DNA from: Callorhinchus milii
Lineage: Eukaryota
DNA: 64,000 nt
Direction: 5' to 3'
Assembly: GCF_018977255.1 (NCBI RefSeq)
Contig: NW_024704743.1
Coordinates: 44,766,001 to 44,830,000, forward strand
Positions 63,251 to 64,000 of this stretch are shown here, in pieces (within the stretch, counting starts at the first letter, position 1; every line of letters begins with the position of its first letter). Below the pieces are notes generated by a model. That model saw nothing but the letters and a program-made list of their open reading frames with translations. It searched no databases and had not been told where the DNA came from. The translations under genes and the position numbers were made by a program.

Positions 63251-63625
63251 GGAGTCCTGTAGCTCAGTGGTATGAGCATTCACCTTGCAAGCGAGAGACC
63301 TGGGTTCTATTCCTGGCAGGGCGAAACGTTGGGCAAGTTTCCTTACTCCACACGCCTCTGTTTACCTAACAGTAAGTAGGAACCTGGTTGTTAGTCGATT
63401 GGTGGATCACTGTTCTGAGGTTAATAATCCCCCCAAAAAATAATAATATGAATTTGGTCACTCGATTCATGACTGTGGGACACTGCTGTGCACAATTGGC
63501 TGCTTCGTTTCACTCAAACATATACAGTCAATTCATTTAACAGTATATTCTGTGAAGCGCTTTGACATGTCTAGAAGATGTGAAAAGCGCTATATATGAA
63601 ATGCAAGTATTATTATTAATATTAT
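63251..63625 (+). mobile_element. Young SINE, long variant, full length
   Basis: A box TAGCTCAGTGG, B-box-like GGTTCTATTCC, long internal block, L2-type tail. Confidence 0.95.
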
Positions 63626-64000
63626 ATACTAAAAACATATTATTCTTTAAGAATTTTTTTCTATTAATTTTTTTTAGTATATTGCCATTACTTACATACA
63701 GTACATAATCAGCGTATCTGTTCTGTGTTATTTTTGTGATATATTTTCATTAGATTGTAACCTGGCTGTTCTCCATAATATATCATTAAACAGTAGTTCA
63801 CCATTTATCCTTCATTATTTCCGAAAGTCCATTATTTTGTGGGCTTTGAATTATTGAAGTATTATTCATTCCTTAGTCTCCCTATAGCTACGTCCAACAT
63901 AAGGTTCTATTTCTACTATACCAGGTACAATTCAGATAACTGGCTTTGTACTTGCATTTTCACTATCTCCCATGTTGATTAGTCAAAACCTATTTCTACT

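Noticed and set aside
63251..63320. tRNA-Ala gene
   Set aside because: It is the head of a multi-copy SINE and continues into SINE body and tail, with no proper acceptor stem or terminator.

Overview
Vertebrate, CpG-depleted, essentially non-coding DNA (intergenic or the inside of a long intron) dense in non-LTR retroelements. The repeat mix is L2-clade LINEs with (GTT)n tails, CR1 LINEs with (ATTCTATG)/(CCTATGTT) tails, a young tRNA(Ala)-like SINE with an (ATT)n tail, an older Deu-domain SINE and a Penelope-type palindrome. This mix points to a cartilaginous fish, possibly a holocephalan; that is inference from repeat types only. I recognise no host protein-coding exon, RNA gene or prokaryotic system. 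The long ORFs in the track are LINE debris or their antisense shadows. The most notable structures are: (1) a SINE split by an insert with L2 3' tails pointing outward at both ends; (2) a near full-length L2 carrying nested insertions and a 2.7 kb tandem duplication; (3) a direct-plus-inverted templated insertion at about 59.4-59.6 kb; (4) a Penelope-like inverted repeat with hammerhead cores on both strands; (5) an unclassified repeat of up to about 0.6-0.7 kb present four times in the same orientation; (6) compensatory covariation in the 3' stem-loop shared by SINE and L2 families. Coordinates were read by eye; ends of degraded repeats are approximate.
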